Part shown: piece by piece, positions 1 through 11,100 of the stretch | Layout: every line of letters starts with the position of its first letter | Numbering within the stretch: position 1 is the first letter of the stretch | Virus record (IMG/VR): IMGVR_UViG_3300030095_002421 | Span: 1 to 27,707 of that record | Direction: 5' to 3' (one strand) | DNA: 27,707 nucleotides | Source of the DNA: a virus | Taxonomy: Duplodnaviria; Caudoviricetes | The notes under the pieces: model-generated | Seen by the model: the letters and a program-made list of their open reading frames with translations, nothing else | Databases searched by the model: none | Told to the model about the DNA's origin: nothing | Translations under genes and position numbers: made by a program

Positions 1-39
1 GTCAGTCAGGGCGGACTTGAGTGAGTCTAGTATGGGCAT
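1..39 (-). CDS. 5' end of the next gene in the operon (MPILDSLKSALTD...), running off the window
   Basis: ATG at 39-37 overlaps the upstream TGA (TGATG). It is preceded by a perfect GGAGGTGA at 51-44 and the frame is open to the window edge. Not in the ORF track. Confidence 0.75.
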   Translation of the reverse strand, partial: MPILDSLKSALTD

Positions 40-3000
40 CACTTCACCTCCACATACAAGCCCTTGCTGCTGCCGATGGCTCGCGCCCGCTTGTTCCCGT
101 CACGAACTCCGATTTTCCCCATCCCATTAGTGTGTTTCGCCCCTATAACGAATCCTGTATTGTTCACAGACCTCACAAATACCTTGTGGACGGCTACGAC
201 ATTGATGTTGGTAGATAGGGATACCTCTGCTACTTCCACCACCTTGCCCGCTAGTTCATCAAGCGGTGCTGAGTTTCCTGATACAGCCTGTAAGTCAGAG
301 AGGATTCCTTCTATGCCTTTGTCATACTGAGCGATAATGAAGTCACTCTTGAGATTCGTATAGTCGTGAGTAGCCTCAAACACCATGTATTCTCCACGGA
401 GGCCATGGTTGGGGAGATTAATGTTGACAATTTCTCCGGGTTGTATCATGGATGCTTTGATTGCGCCCTTGATATGGATGAGTGGCGCACCGTTCTCTGC
501 CCTTGCTAGTATTGATTTGGCTAGTTTGAGTGCTTCGTTGTTGGTCTTGAGTCCGGGTATCTCTTGCCTCAATGTCCTGACTAAGTTGCTAGAAGCACCC
601 TTGCTGGCCTCGTTCTTCATGCGTTCCAAGTCCTTGACGACTACGAACACCTTCTCGTTCCGAGCGAGTTCATCACCGACGATTACTATCTCGTTAGGAG
701 AGTCGTACATCTTGCTGGCAGACACGCTGTTGATTGCACTACCGACACCGAAGGTCATGCCTCTATTGATGAACGTGTTAGAAGAGTAAATCATTGAGCC
801 ATCCTTCTCATTGATTAGTTGCTTGCCGTCTATCTGTGTCAGGTTTCTGATTATCTCCATGACGTTCAGGCCCCTCGTCTTACGAGCGGTGAATATCGCT
901 GAGTGGTCGGAGACTAAGCGGAGGGAGGGGTGGGCGTCGAGGGTGGAGGACACCTCCCTGTCCTTGCCTAGCAAGGCACTCGTCGGCGTCACGTTGAAGC
1001 CCGCTAGATCCGAACCGGAGTCGTTCAGTAGCATGAGAGCGGCATCGCTAGTCCTCACACCGATGTAACCAGTCTGTCCCATCAGCACGGGGCCTTGTGT
1101 CATACCGAAGTCAGTCAGGCTGTCGGCGTCTATGTTCCTGAACAGCAGGAATGTGGATAACTCGTCCTTCTCCACTCCCGCTATCCTGAGTGGTGTGTTC
1201 TGGGAGTCGAAGAGATATGGTGGGAAGTAGGAGTCAGATATTTCCTTGCCGTCGAACCTGATTGCTGTTATCGAGGGAGAGGATGTGGATATGAGGGCAG
1301 AGGTCTTACCATTGTCGATGACTATCGGTCGTTGGTTAATCATCATGAAGTCAGTTGGATCGTACTCTAACAGCCCCCTGTATCCTAGTGTGGTCTGCTT
1401 GACCGCGCTGTTGGTGACATCGAATCTATTCCATATGGCAGAGGCTTGCTTTGCTAGTGTGATTGTGTTGTCTATGTATGTGGGCGATACCAGATGAGGT
1501 ATGGTGAGGGGTCTGATGTCAGAGAGTGCCGATGGGCTAGTGAGAGTGGTGTATCTGAGTATCTGTCCCGTCAAATCAGAAACTCCTGTGCTATTGGTTA
1601 TCCCTGTGAGTTTATTCTTCGTCTTGCCCGTATATACCACCTTACCCTTGCCGACTATGAAGAGGGTTCCAGCAGAAGGTAGCATGGATGCATCCTCAAG
1701 GAACACGTTGTTGTTGGAACCAGCGTGTTTCGTTACTTTGAACTGAGGGTATATCCTCATCGAGGAATCCATGTGAGTGTGAGTCACGGCATCAGGGGTC
1801 GTCTGCTTAACGAAGTCCCCGCTAATGCCTGTTCCTACTGCGTTGTAGCGAGTCTCCGATTGGTTGAGGCTCTCACCCCCACCGGGGTGTGTCGTCTGCG
1901 AGTATCGTGCTTCTATCTCTGGGTTGAATTGTCCATCGACAGTCTTGCGAACCGCATCCGACTTGAAGAATTGGAGCATGGATGCGCTAGGCAGCAGGTG
2001 GAACACGGTATCATGCTCGTTAGCATCGGGCCATGTCATCTCAAACACACCCTCTGCCGTACTAATCAAATCCAATGAGCCAAGTGTCTTCTCCATGTCT
2101 GCCTCAAAGACCCCGTATCTATTGTCTCTGGTGAAAGCCTGATACTCAAGGTCAGCATCACCATACGATGACCTAGCACCCATCAACCAACCATCCTGTT
2201 GGAGAGTCGATGCGAAGCCAAACAGTTTGAGTGGCCTCACAGGTCGAACGAAGTAGTCAATGGACTTGCGTCGCTGGTTGGATGTAGTAGCATTCCCGTC
2301 TGTCCCGTATATGTCAGTAGTCAGAGTCCCTTCCTCTGTGCGATTCAGATACGTCTTCCTCAAGATGTACGTCCCACCCCACGGTGGAAGATCCCCGCAC
2401 CCTCGCACCGCCCAATAGTCCATTCCATGGCTGTCTGGTGTTGTGAGGACTGGTGGGTTGTTGGGTAAAGCGACTGTTGCCAACACCACTCCACTCGATC
2501 CACTACCACTCATCGTTACGGTCGGTGCGGTGGTGTAGCCCGAACCACCTGCGCTTATGCTCACCGATACCAACGGCCCTGTCGAACCCAATACTGCCGT
2601 CACCGCATTTGCCGAACCCGTCAGATGCGTGGTAGGCACGGTCATAGTTGGCACGGATGTGTAGCCCGACCCACCATTAGTGACGTTGATGTCCGTTAGT
2701 GTCCTCGTAGCAGTATGGCTTGCTAACGAGGCCGTCAGCGATTCTCCTGACCCTCCTGAAGCAGAGACAGATGGTGCGGAGGTATATCCATCTCCTTGAT
2801 TATTGACCGCGATTGATACTATCTTGCCATTGGTTGTCGCCGCACTTATGTCTGCTATGACACCTGATGCAGAAGCAAAGGTAAGCGTTCCACCAAGAGC
2901 ATAATTTGTTTCACCGTTTAACGTCAACGATACTGTTTTTGTCCCTCCTGATGTGAACCCTACACCTACATTGGTTATGTTGTAGCCATTCGATCCTGAA

Positions 3001-6000
3001 CGAATGTAGTATTTGCTACCCACTCTTTCATAACCTATCTTGACAGTCGCAGGTGTCTGTGCGGCAGGGCCACTCTGACCGACTGTCATGACAAGGGTGC
3101 TGGTACTTTTCGATTGTGAATTTGGATTCAAATCGAAGACGGTTGCACCACTTGAGAATGTGAAAGCACGGATATGACTGGAAGAACTCACCACAAAGAA
3201 GTGCGCTCCTACGCTTCCGGTTGTATTCTTGCTAGAGTAATTGACAACACAAGTAGAAGTGCTGTCTTGCAGATATAGCACTCCCGATGAAGGCCAATCG
3301 GTTATGTCTTCATTGACGAACAAATTTGTCGAAAGTACGAACGCCGGAAAACCTGACACAGTTGAGTGGCTGCCATCCAAAGTCAGAGAATTCACGGTTC
3401 CGACTAGACTTATCTCATGTTCCTCGGAACTTGCGTTAGCGATTGACACGCCGAATCCAATCGTTGCGGTAGCGGTGGCTTGGGTTGAATTGTGACTCGC
3501 ATTTGGTGAGCCTATCGTGAGGCTGACTGTGTTTGAATTGAAGCCCGACCCCCCATCACCAATTGAGATAGTGTTGCTGATTGGCTTGCCATCGTTAGAC
3601 AAGACGTATGATGCAGCCGCGCCTGAACCACCACCACCTGAGATTGAAACTCCTGTGAGTGTCTGCGTATTGCCTCCGCTATATTGTCCTACGCCGCTTG
3701 CTATGTCCCCATCTGCAACTGTCGTAGAAGTGGTGTATGTCCCTGAGAACCCTGTCCCTCCGCCGCCGCCTGAGAAGCCTAGTGTCCCGCTTGGGAATGC
3801 ATAGCCCGATCCTGCGTTAGAAATAGATAGGGCTGTGACCGCTGCTCCTCCATCGCCCTTGTCATCCTTAGTATCAGGACTCCACTTGGGTAATGCATAA
3901 GGGTCATTAATTGTCTGACTGATTGGGCTTCCAGCATTTACGGTCATGTTATGTGTAGTAAGTTTGGAGTTTGAAACCCATGAGGGTAAGACGGGGAAAT
4001 GCTGACCTACAATTAAATCGCTATGTAGGGATGCAGCCTTTGTCGATGTTATCAGATACTCTATGTTCTGGTTGTCCTGTCGTTCGTTTTCGGTCTGTAT
4101 AACGAATCCTAAACGTGGTTCTGTGCGTGATTGCACTTGTCTGTGGTCGCTTATCTCTGAGAGGGGTATGGCTAGGATAGAGTTGATTGTAGCGTTAGTG
4201 TGCGTTCCAATCCCCCATCCGGTGGTCGGATAATGGACGTTGGATGTGTTAGAATGGTCAATAGCAGACGGATTCGTGTGTAAGGCGTTGCCTCTCAAGT
4301 GATGGAAACCTCCGCTTACACCGTATTGAGTAGAACTAACAGCAGAGGGTGATGTAGATTGAGCATAGGTGTTGGAGCCTGTGTATTGTGTCAAATCAAT
4401 GAAAGGATCGGAGCCTTTGTTCATTGGAATGGCTTTCAATGGCTCGTTTGTACCCTTATTCGGATCGGTCTTTGGTTGCCAAACTCCGGCGGGGAGAGAA
4501 GTAGGTTTGACCAGACCGGCGGACTCGATACCAAGGGTCAAACCAATCCCAATCGGCTGTTCAGAGGCTAAGGGTTTCGTGTTGCTTCTTCTGATTACGC
4601 TTGAGAATGGAGTGGACTCTGCGGTGTGAGATGTTGTCACTACACCGATAGGCATAGTCCTCTCTGCCCCATTGTAGTCAGAGGGGAACACCCAAGAAGA
4701 ACCGTGCGTGGTTGCGTTGGGGATTTTATTCATCGAATCGTGGACACCACCATCGAAACGTGCGCTGTTGAATAGTGGTTGGAGATTTGTCACAGATTCT
4801 GTGGGATCACCTGATAGCATATTTAGAGCATCTGAACCAGTTCTGAAACCCCATGCCCTCACAGGTAGTCTCCTACTGTAATCATATGCGACCATATTAT
4901 CGACAACCACCTCATATTCTGTGAAAGATATAGTATCGGAATCAGTATCATATGATATGGTAGCAGATGTTTTCTCCGGCTGTATCCCATCACCTATACC
5001 CTCTCCACGAGTATAGCGCACACGATCATACTCCTTTGTGAGTCTCAGAGTACCCTGTGCTTCCCTATGTGTAGTATGTCCCATGAGGACAGCGTTAGCA
5101 GAGCGCAATCCGGTCACATCCTTATGCCCCGAAGCGTTCAATGCATTGTATCCGAAGTTCTGCAACCATTGTATGACATATAGCCTCTCAAAGGGCAGAG
5201 CATCCTCTGCCTGTGCAGTAGTGGTGGGGTTGGAGTGGTTGCGGAGGTAGAGACTCCTCGTAGGGGGGTAGTTGAGGGAGCGAGGCATCCCTGCCTCCCT
5301 GTATCTGAAGGTCATGTAGTGTTCTCGACTGGTTCCGAAGAGTGCTGGATGGCTGTATTCGGCAAGCCAATGGCATAGGAATGCGTCTGGAACACACCCT
5401 GTCCCGGTGTTACTCTTGTCAAGTAGTGCAAAATCACCAAAATCGGTGTTTATACCGGCGTTATCGTTGGCAGGGTTGGCCGTTCGTGCCGCCATGTTGA
5501 GGTATTCTGGGTCGTGACACAGGAGAGGGGGGACTGTTGCGAGTTCTGTTCCAGAACGAGGGACTAAGACGCCTTCCTCTAACCCCAAGGAGAAATATTC
5601 ACTCGATCCAGCGTCAATAACAGGGGCAATTGGGCGTCCTGCGGAGAGAGTGTAGTCTCCTAGCAAAAACCCGTTGAGTATAATTTCACTAGACGTGTTA
5701 TAGCGGCTCCCACCGGACAAAGCAGAGGCAAAAGTGAGCCTAGTTGGGCCTGAAGTGGTGGTCGAAGTAGCGTCTTGACTCGGCGCGGCTCGCCTGATTA
5801 GGTGTCCTGCTCCCTTCGTGGTCGTATGCTCTTGGCCCGGAGCCACCAGATAGTCGTAATCTGTCCTTGGAGTCACACCGGAATGAGCCGATTGCTTGAT
5901 GTCTGGTAGCCTGAAACCACTAACCTCTGTCAAAGGAAGGCCATCAGAAGCGAATGAACCGTTTGCTTTGTAGTTGCTAGTGTTCTTGGTGTCTAGGCTG

Positions 6001-8165
6001 TCTAACTCAAAGATGGTGGTTGAGTTTGAGTCTTTGGCCGAACCGAATCCATGATGCCTATGCTCAGATTCTGCCTCAAAGAGTAGAGTGTAGGCCGAAC
6101 CGTGGCTTCTGTGTAGTTGCCTCCTCATGGCAGCAGGAGTGCCTCTATGGGTCATTGGAGTCACGAAGGAGTGACCTTGGCGGGCGAAGCGGACGCGGTG
6201 GTGGGGGTAGGAATAGCCGGTGTAGGTGGTGAAAGTCCCTGCTACGCTGGTTTGGTCTGTTTGAGTCAAGAGAGAACCTCTCTCTGCGTGATCGGTTATC
6301 CTATGCGCTGCGAATAAGCGTGTTGAGCCGCTTGGAACGGCTCCGGCGGTGGTGTGGGGGGTCAGACCCTGTTTGGTCGCCATATCGGGATGCAGGAGCC
6401 TCTGAACGTGGAAGATTAGCATCCTGTCGTGGGTGTCGAACTGCGACGCACCACCAGATGCCTCTGCTACGCCCGGTTTGCGAGGGTCTGGGGCCGTCAG
6501 CCCCCCCAACCCCCATGTCATGTTAGACCACGCCTGAACACGGTCGTGGCCGCTCCTAACGAACACCTCTCCGGGTATCTCTGAGGGGTCTGGCAGTTGA
6601 ATCTGCATATTCGGGGTCAATTTGCCGTCTGTGGTGGATGGCCCCGTGACCTCTTCCCCTGTTATCGGGTCTGTTCTGGTGTTCTGGACGGAATAGTCCC
6701 GAATTATCACTCCTAATGGAGAACCACCAGTAAGAGTCAGTTTGTTGCCCGCGTCGTCAACGGTTTCTATATCCTCAAAGACTCGTTCCTCATTGCTAAT
6801 CTGCAATCCCGTCACTCGTGAGGTATTGGTGGACTTGGCTGAGAATATAGGACGGGGTACGTTCTTAGAGCCATCACCATCAATTCCCTTGGCCTCAAAC
6901 GCTGTCCCATATGTGATATTCGTCAGATTATCCTGAGAAGCCGAGAGCATATTGTTGGAATTGCTCGTGGCGGTCGCCCTATATCCGCTCTTTAGGTGGA
7001 ACATATCTCCTGAAGAGGCAGGGAAGTCCGTCCCATATTCCATATTTGCTAGTTTGATATTGTTAGATCCCGTAGTATCGGTTTCGACTTTCGTAATATG
7101 GTATAGGGATGGCTCGGTGACTGTGTAGTCGGGTGGGGGTATGTCGGGGAGGTTGCACGAGTTCAGTCCCTCTATGCTGAATCTGACATACCCGTGTCCC
7201 GTACTGTGGGCCGAGGCGGTTGAGCCTCTGGAATCGTAATTGAGGGCCGGTAGCCCCATGTTGCCTCCGTCCATGGGCTTCGCGGCTAGATACCAAGTAG
7301 GCACGGCCTGACCTAGACCGTGGATTATGGGGCCTCCGTTCGCTGTTGCCCAATAGCCTCCAGCAGCGTTCGGTGTGATGTTTTCCCAAGTCAGAACCAT
7401 TGTGTGCTTTGCGGGTTCTCCGGGTATTGATACTGTTGCTGACGTTATTACTTCAGGGCCAGAAGTCGAGACTTGAGTTATCTGTGATGAGAGGTTTCCA
7501 CCTGATACTGTAAAATCGACATATGTCCTTTGATCCTTGGGGCTACCGTTGTAGTATTCTCCCCCTCTCCTGAAAGCAGACACTCCCGTATAGGTTATCG
7601 AGAGATTGGTGTGATTGCCATCGTTGTAGGTGAGTGTGCCGCTTTGTGGCATATCTGAGGGGAAACCGTTGCGATAACCACCATTCAGTTTGACACGGAG
7701 AACGGTGTTAGACTTGGCTAGTGTAGCATCTCCCGTTATGGAGGGCTTACCTGACATCCTGACGTATCTCGCTCTCAGGTAACGAGTCTGGCTGTGTTCT
7801 CCCTGCTGCTTGACCCTGCGGCTGTTTATCTTGGCTGCTATGAGTCTAGTGGCCTCCTCCGTCCCTAGATTGTAGGTCTTGCTGTTCGTATCATCAGTAG
7901 CGGCTTGCTTCAGATCCACTACGATTACGTTTGTGTCCTCCGCAGGGGCGGAGGCGGTGGCGATGGGGGTGCGGACGATGACCGTGAGTCCCTGCTTCCA
8001 TTGGTCGTTAGTGTTCGTGCCGTACTCCCAATCGGTCACGGCATCATCGTACTCCGTATCGGGGTAGGTGATGTGCATTGCGAAGAAGCCGCTTGCGGGG
8101 TATCCACTAGCAGATGCCATGGGGACGACCTTGGCAGGATAGAGTTGCTTCTGGTTCACCGTCAT
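39..8165 (-). CDS. Giant tail-tip / baseplate-hub-like structural protein (about 2708 aa)
   Basis: Start moved from 8201 to ATG 8165 (TGATG overlap with GGGGTG upstream). The C-terminal region (MEIIRNL...PNEIVIVG...EALKLAKSIL...IQPGEIVNINLP...EYMVFEATH) resembles the C-terminal half of gp27/gpD/Tal hub proteins. It contains a Gly/Ser/Thr-rich GGSGY repeat block and lies downstream of the tape measure and Dit-like genes. Confidence 0.7.
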   Translation of the reverse strand: MTVNQKQLYPAKVVPMASASGYPASGFFAMHITYPDTEYDDAVTDWEYGTNTNDQWKQGLTVIVRTPIATASAPAEDTNVIVVDLKQAATDDTNSKTYNLGTEEATRLIAAKINSRRVKQQGEHSQTRYLRARYVRMSGKPSITGDATLAKSNTVLRVKLNGGYRNGFPSDMPQSGTLTYNDGNHTNLSITYTGVSAFRRGGEYYNGSPKDQRTYVDFTVSGGNLSSQITQVSTSGPEVITSATVSIPGEPAKHTMVLTWENITPNAAGGYWATANGGPIIHGLGQAVPTWYLAAKPMDGGNMGLPALNYDSRGSTASAHSTGHGYVRFSIEGLNSCNLPDIPPPDYTVTEPSLYHITKVETDTTGSNNIKLANMEYGTDFPASSGDMFHLKSGYRATATSNSNNMLSASQDNLTNITYGTAFEAKGIDGDGSKNVPRPIFSAKSTNTSRVTGLQISNEERVFEDIETVDDAGNKLTLTGGSPLGVIIRDYSVQNTRTDPITGEEVTGPSTTDGKLTPNMQIQLPDPSEIPGEVFVRSGHDRVQAWSNMTWGLGGLTAPDPRKPGVAEASGGASQFDTHDRMLIFHVQRLLHPDMATKQGLTPHTTAGAVPSGSTRLFAAHRITDHAERGSLLTQTDQTSVAGTFTTYTGYSYPHHRVRFARQGHSFVTPMTHRGTPAAMRRQLHRSHGSAYTLLFEAESEHRHHGFGSAKDSNSTTIFELDSLDTKNTSNYKANGSFASDGLPLTEVSGFRLPDIKQSAHSGVTPRTDYDYLVAPGQEHTTTKGAGHLIRRAAPSQDATSTTTSGPTRLTFASALSGGSRYNTSSEIILNGFLLGDYTLSAGRPIAPVIDAGSSEYFSLGLEEGVLVPRSGTELATVPPLLCHDPEYLNMAARTANPANDNAGINTDFGDFALLDKSNTGTGCVPDAFLCHWLAEYSHPALFGTSREHYMTFRYREAGMPRSLNYPPTRSLYLRNHSNPTTTAQAEDALPFERLYVIQWLQNFGYNALNASGHKDVTGLRSANAVLMGHTTHREAQGTLRLTKEYDRVRYTRGEGIGDGIQPEKTSATISYDTDSDTISFTEYEVVVDNMVAYDYSRRLPVRAWGFRTGSDALNMLSGDPTESVTNLQPLFNSARFDGGVHDSMNKIPNATTHGSSWVFPSDYNGAERTMPIGVVTTSHTAESTPFSSVIRRSNTKPLASEQPIGIGLTLGIESAGLVKPTSLPAGVWQPKTDPNKGTNEPLKAIPMNKGSDPFIDLTQYTGSNTYAQSTSPSAVSSTQYGVSGGFHHLRGNALHTNPSAIDHSNTSNVHYPTTGWGIGTHTNATINSILAIPLSEISDHRQVQSRTEPRLGFVIQTENERQDNQNIEYLITSTKAASLHSDLIVGQHFPVLPSWVSNSKLTTHNMTVNAGSPISQTINDPYALPKWSPDTKDDKGDGGAAVTALSISNAGSGYAFPSGTLGFSGGGGGTGFSGTYTTSTTVADGDIASGVGQYSGGNTQTLTGVSISGGGGSGAAASYVLSNDGKPISNTISIGDGGSGFNSNTVSLTIGSPNASHNSTQATATATIGFGVSIANASSEEHEISLVGTVNSLTLDGSHSTVSGFPAFVLSTNLFVNEDITDWPSSGVLYLQDSTSTCVVNYSSKNTTGSVGAHFFVVSSSSHIRAFTFSSGATVFDLNPNSQSKSTSTLVMTVGQSGPAAQTPATVKIGYERVGSKYYIRSGSNGYNITNVGVGFTSGGTKTVSLTLNGETNYALGGTLTFASASGVIADISAATTNGKIVSIAVNNQGDGYTSAPSVSASGGSGESLTASLASHTATRTLTDINVTNGGSGYTSVPTMTVPTTHLTGSANAVTAVLGSTGPLVSVSISAGGSGYTTAPTVTMSGSGSSGVVLATVALPNNPPVLTTPDSHGMDYWAVRGCGDLPPWGGTYILRKTYLNRTEEGTLTTDIYGTDGNATTSNQRRKSIDYFVRPVRPLKLFGFASTLQQDGWLMGARSSYGDADLEYQAFTRDNRYGVFEADMEKTLGSLDLISTAEGVFEMTWPDANEHDTVFHLLPSASMLQFFKSDAVRKTVDGQFNPEIEARYSQTTHPGGGESLNQSETRYNAVGTGISGDFVKQTTPDAVTHTHMDSSMRIYPQFKVTKHAGSNNNVFLEDASMLPSAGTLFIVGKGKVVYTGKTKNKLTGITNSTGVSDLTGQILRYTTLTSPSALSDIRPLTIPHLVSPTYIDNTITLAKQASAIWNRFDVTNSAVKQTTLGYRGLLEYDPTDFMMINQRPIVIDNGKTSALISTSSPSITAIRFDGKEISDSYFPPYLFDSQNTPLRIAGVEKDELSTFLLFRNIDADSLTDFGMTQGPVLMGQTGYIGVRTSDAALMLLNDSGSDLAGFNVTPTSALLGKDREVSSTLDAHPSLRLVSDHSAIFTARKTRGLNVMEIIRNLTQIDGKQLINEKDGSMIYSSNTFINRGMTFGVGSAINSVSASKMYDSPNEIVIVGDELARNEKVFVVVKDLERMKNEASKGASSNLVRTLRQEIPGLKTNNEALKLAKSILARAENGAPLIHIKGAIKASMIQPGEIVNINLPNHGLRGEYMVFEATHDYTNLKSDFIIAQYDKGIEGILSDLQAVSGNSAPLDELAGKVVEVAEVSLSTNINVVAVHKVFVRSVNNTGFVIGAKHTNGMGKIGVRDGNKRARAIGSSKGLYVEVK
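44..51 (-). promoter_or_regulatory. Ribosome-binding site GGAGGTGA
   Basis: Full complement of the 16S rRNA 3' end (UCACCUCC), 4 nt before the ATG at 39. Confidence 0.75.
2480..3850 (-). repeat. Block of about 7 degenerate 'V-x-V-x-x-GGSGY' protein repeats
   Basis: ISNAGSGY, IASGVGQY, IGDGGSGF, ITNVGVGF, VNNQGDGY, VTNGGSGY and ISAGGSGY, several followed by 'APxV...SGGxG'. The repeat is visible at protein level only. Confidence 0.7.
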
Positions 8166-11100
8166 CACCACACCCCCCTTGCCGCGTATATCTCCTCGCA
8201 CTCACTCTCAGAAAGGGCATAGTTGAAGACGCCTACCTCCGATAGCGAACCGTTCCAGAAATACACGTTCTCCGTCCCGGCAAGCCCGCCACCTGCGTAT
8301 GACTCATGACTATCCAATGTGCCACAAACCCCTGCGTGGTTGCCCTGTGTCGAACCTGTGACATCGGTGTAGTGTATCGTGAAGAGGGCATCTGAATCGC
8401 CAGAGGAATGGACAGTCTCAAGATTCTTGATGGTCGAAACGCCGATGAAGCACATTCCTGTTTTCACAACCCCTCCTTGAAATTGAGGGAGGGTAGCCGT
8501 GTTGTTGTGATTGGCCGTGGTTGTCTCTAGGCTTCTAGCATTGCCTGAGCCGAACGTACCCAAACCCAAATTAATCATGCTAGTAGTATCTTGATTAGCA
8601 CTAAGGCTGTAATTGTATCCTCTAAGACGCTCCGAGTTTCCCGCTCTCATTGAGATGGTAGTCCCACTCTTGGTCACTATGACGTTAGTCCATGCGTTAT
8701 CGGTTATTTTGATTCCCCCATCGGCCACCTTGTTCCTTGCTATCTTGTGATTCGATCCATCGTGGTATGCCATGGCGAATGAGATGGTCTGATCGGAATT
8801 GGAAATCCTACTGCCGAATAGATAAAGCCCCCAATTCCTGTCGTTCTTATCCCTGCCCGTAATTATAGGGCCAGAGCAGATCTCATTGTTATTGGCGAAT
8901 GAAGTGTCGCTCGGTTTGAACCACGCGCTGATTGACCAGTCCTGTGTTATGTCGAAATCAGACATCGGCCCATACTCAAGGTTAGTCGCGGAACCAGTCC
9001 AATGGTGAGTCGCAATGCTTTGGCCTCCTCTGAATTTGTACCCCTTCGATGTAGTATCGACGGAATAAGCAGGGCCATTCAGGGAAGTCATCGTTGCGAC
9101 AACGGTATCCCCTCTAGCAAATGTCATCTCAACGCCATCATTGACCGCTGATGCTCCAGCGACACCAGTAAGAGTTGCATCTGCCCCTCCTGTTGCTGAT
9201 GTACCAGTAAATGTGAATGCATCGTCATTGTGAACCACAATCATTGCACCACTTAGGTTGCTACCACTACCAATTGTTATGTCAGAAATATCAGTTGAGC
9301 CGGTCATTGTAACATCCATGCTCGTTCCAGAAGAGTAATTGCCATCGGGAGTCAATATTCCATACCCCCTAGTCAATCGGAGTTTTGAACCATACAATGC
9401 CTCGGTTATGACTGGACTCTGGTTGTAAGTCCCATCTGTGATAGTGCCATCATTGAGCCTAGCATAGAGAAGGCATCTCTGGAGATTTACCCCGTCCGTT
9501 CCAAGCCTATGGTGAACTCCTTGCATGGTGTTGTCATTGATTGTGTCGTTGTTCGTGATATTAGTGAAGTCCAAGACCGCAGATGCCGTGCTGACCTCAT
9601 GCAGGTTCTGATGTCCTGCGAAACCAGTAGGGCCTTTGGAGTAATGGTGAGGATAGTCGTCGCTGTAATCGTTAGCCGTCCCATCGCTTATGTCAAATGT
9701 GACTCCTGTGTGACCTCCTCCGAAATACACGATTCCCTCTGCATCAGTCCTTGGATAAATCAACTCAACCTCTATACCACCGATGGACGCTCCATCACTA
9801 TCAAAGAATGCCTCTAAGAAATCAATCATAGTATCACGAGGAGTGATGTTACGAATGAAAAAGCAATTTGTCATGACGCTTCCGTTATTACCTGCCACTA
9901 CTTTCTGCTGATCAATAAATTCAAAGTCGGCAATGAGAGTGCCGACACGCAAGATGCCTTTGCCCAATGAGCCGGTTGCTCTAGTCAATCTTTTGAGGTA
10001 GTCTTCGACACTCGTACTAATAGCGAGATGAGAGACACTCGTCTGACTAACGAGTTCCGTAGGCCGTGGGTCAGTCATAGGTATAGATCTCATTAGATTT
10101 TCATTGTTATTAACAGCAACAGAATTGTTGGCTGTAAGTGTTATGAGTGTCGCTGTCACCGCGCTGATAGTTCCTATTGATGCACCTGTATCGTCAAATA
10201 ACGTATCTCCTGCTCTAAACTTAGTCGTTGCATCGACAGTATCAACAGTTAATGTTGTCTGTGCATTGCCACTTATGTTCGACTCATTGAATAGAACACC
10301 ACTTGACTCTACTGTCGATGCCACCCCTTCAAGAGTCTCTTGAGCAGGAGCGGCAACAGTAGTTACTTTGAATGAACTACCTAATCCATTGTATGAACGA
10401 AGGGCATTAGTAGAGTCCAAGGTCGAACCAGAGGGTGCGCCTCTGAATATCGAAATAGGCACAAAAGTCTCACCATCTGCACCTATTGGCATAGGTGATG
10501 GTATCAGGTTTGGTTGGTACAACCTGCTATTGCTCGATAGAAGCCCCCCATAACCTACTACTTGAGATGGCTTGTAGGTGTATGGTGTTTTATTGCTAAG
10601 TCGCACATTGAAGTTTCGACCAGATGCCCCCGGAACCGTGCTATGTATCACGATGGAAATACCCGCTTCTCCATCTCTGCTTTCAACCTCTGTGCCAATG
10701 AATGCTCGGACGTATCCCATGTGTGTGCCTGTGTCGTTGTTGGATGCGGACGTGGGGAAGATGGCGGGTGGGTTGAATGCACTCGCTCCTGCGCTGTTCT
10801 TTGCTTGGGGATGACCTGCCATGTTGATTCTCCTAACGACCTCCTCAACGCAGAGATTGAAATCTGGCTTGACATTAGCGACGTTGTTGAAATCAATCTC
10901 AAGCGGACGCACATATTCCAATGCGGTTCCATCTGATTTCTTGCCTTTCAATGACAGGTAACTCGTTTGACAGATAACAGGGTGCAGGGATTGCCTGTCA
11001 TTTGCCGATTCGTTGTCCTCGTTCGGATCCCACTCAAAGGCTTCCATGTTAGGGCCGTCTAGGATGAAGTAGCGAGATGAGTTATTGGGGTCTGCATGGA

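Noticed and set aside
8165-8201. G6 run (AAGGGGGGTG, 8178-8173) in a 12-codon window where a -1 slip or one extra G would fuse the two giant genes into about 5000 aa
   Set aside because: It is not a proper X XXY YYZ heptamer. The run is well placed as the RBS for ATG 8165, the TGATG overlap matches other junctions, and EIYAARGVW* resembles natural LamG C-termini. Worth only a read-level indel check.
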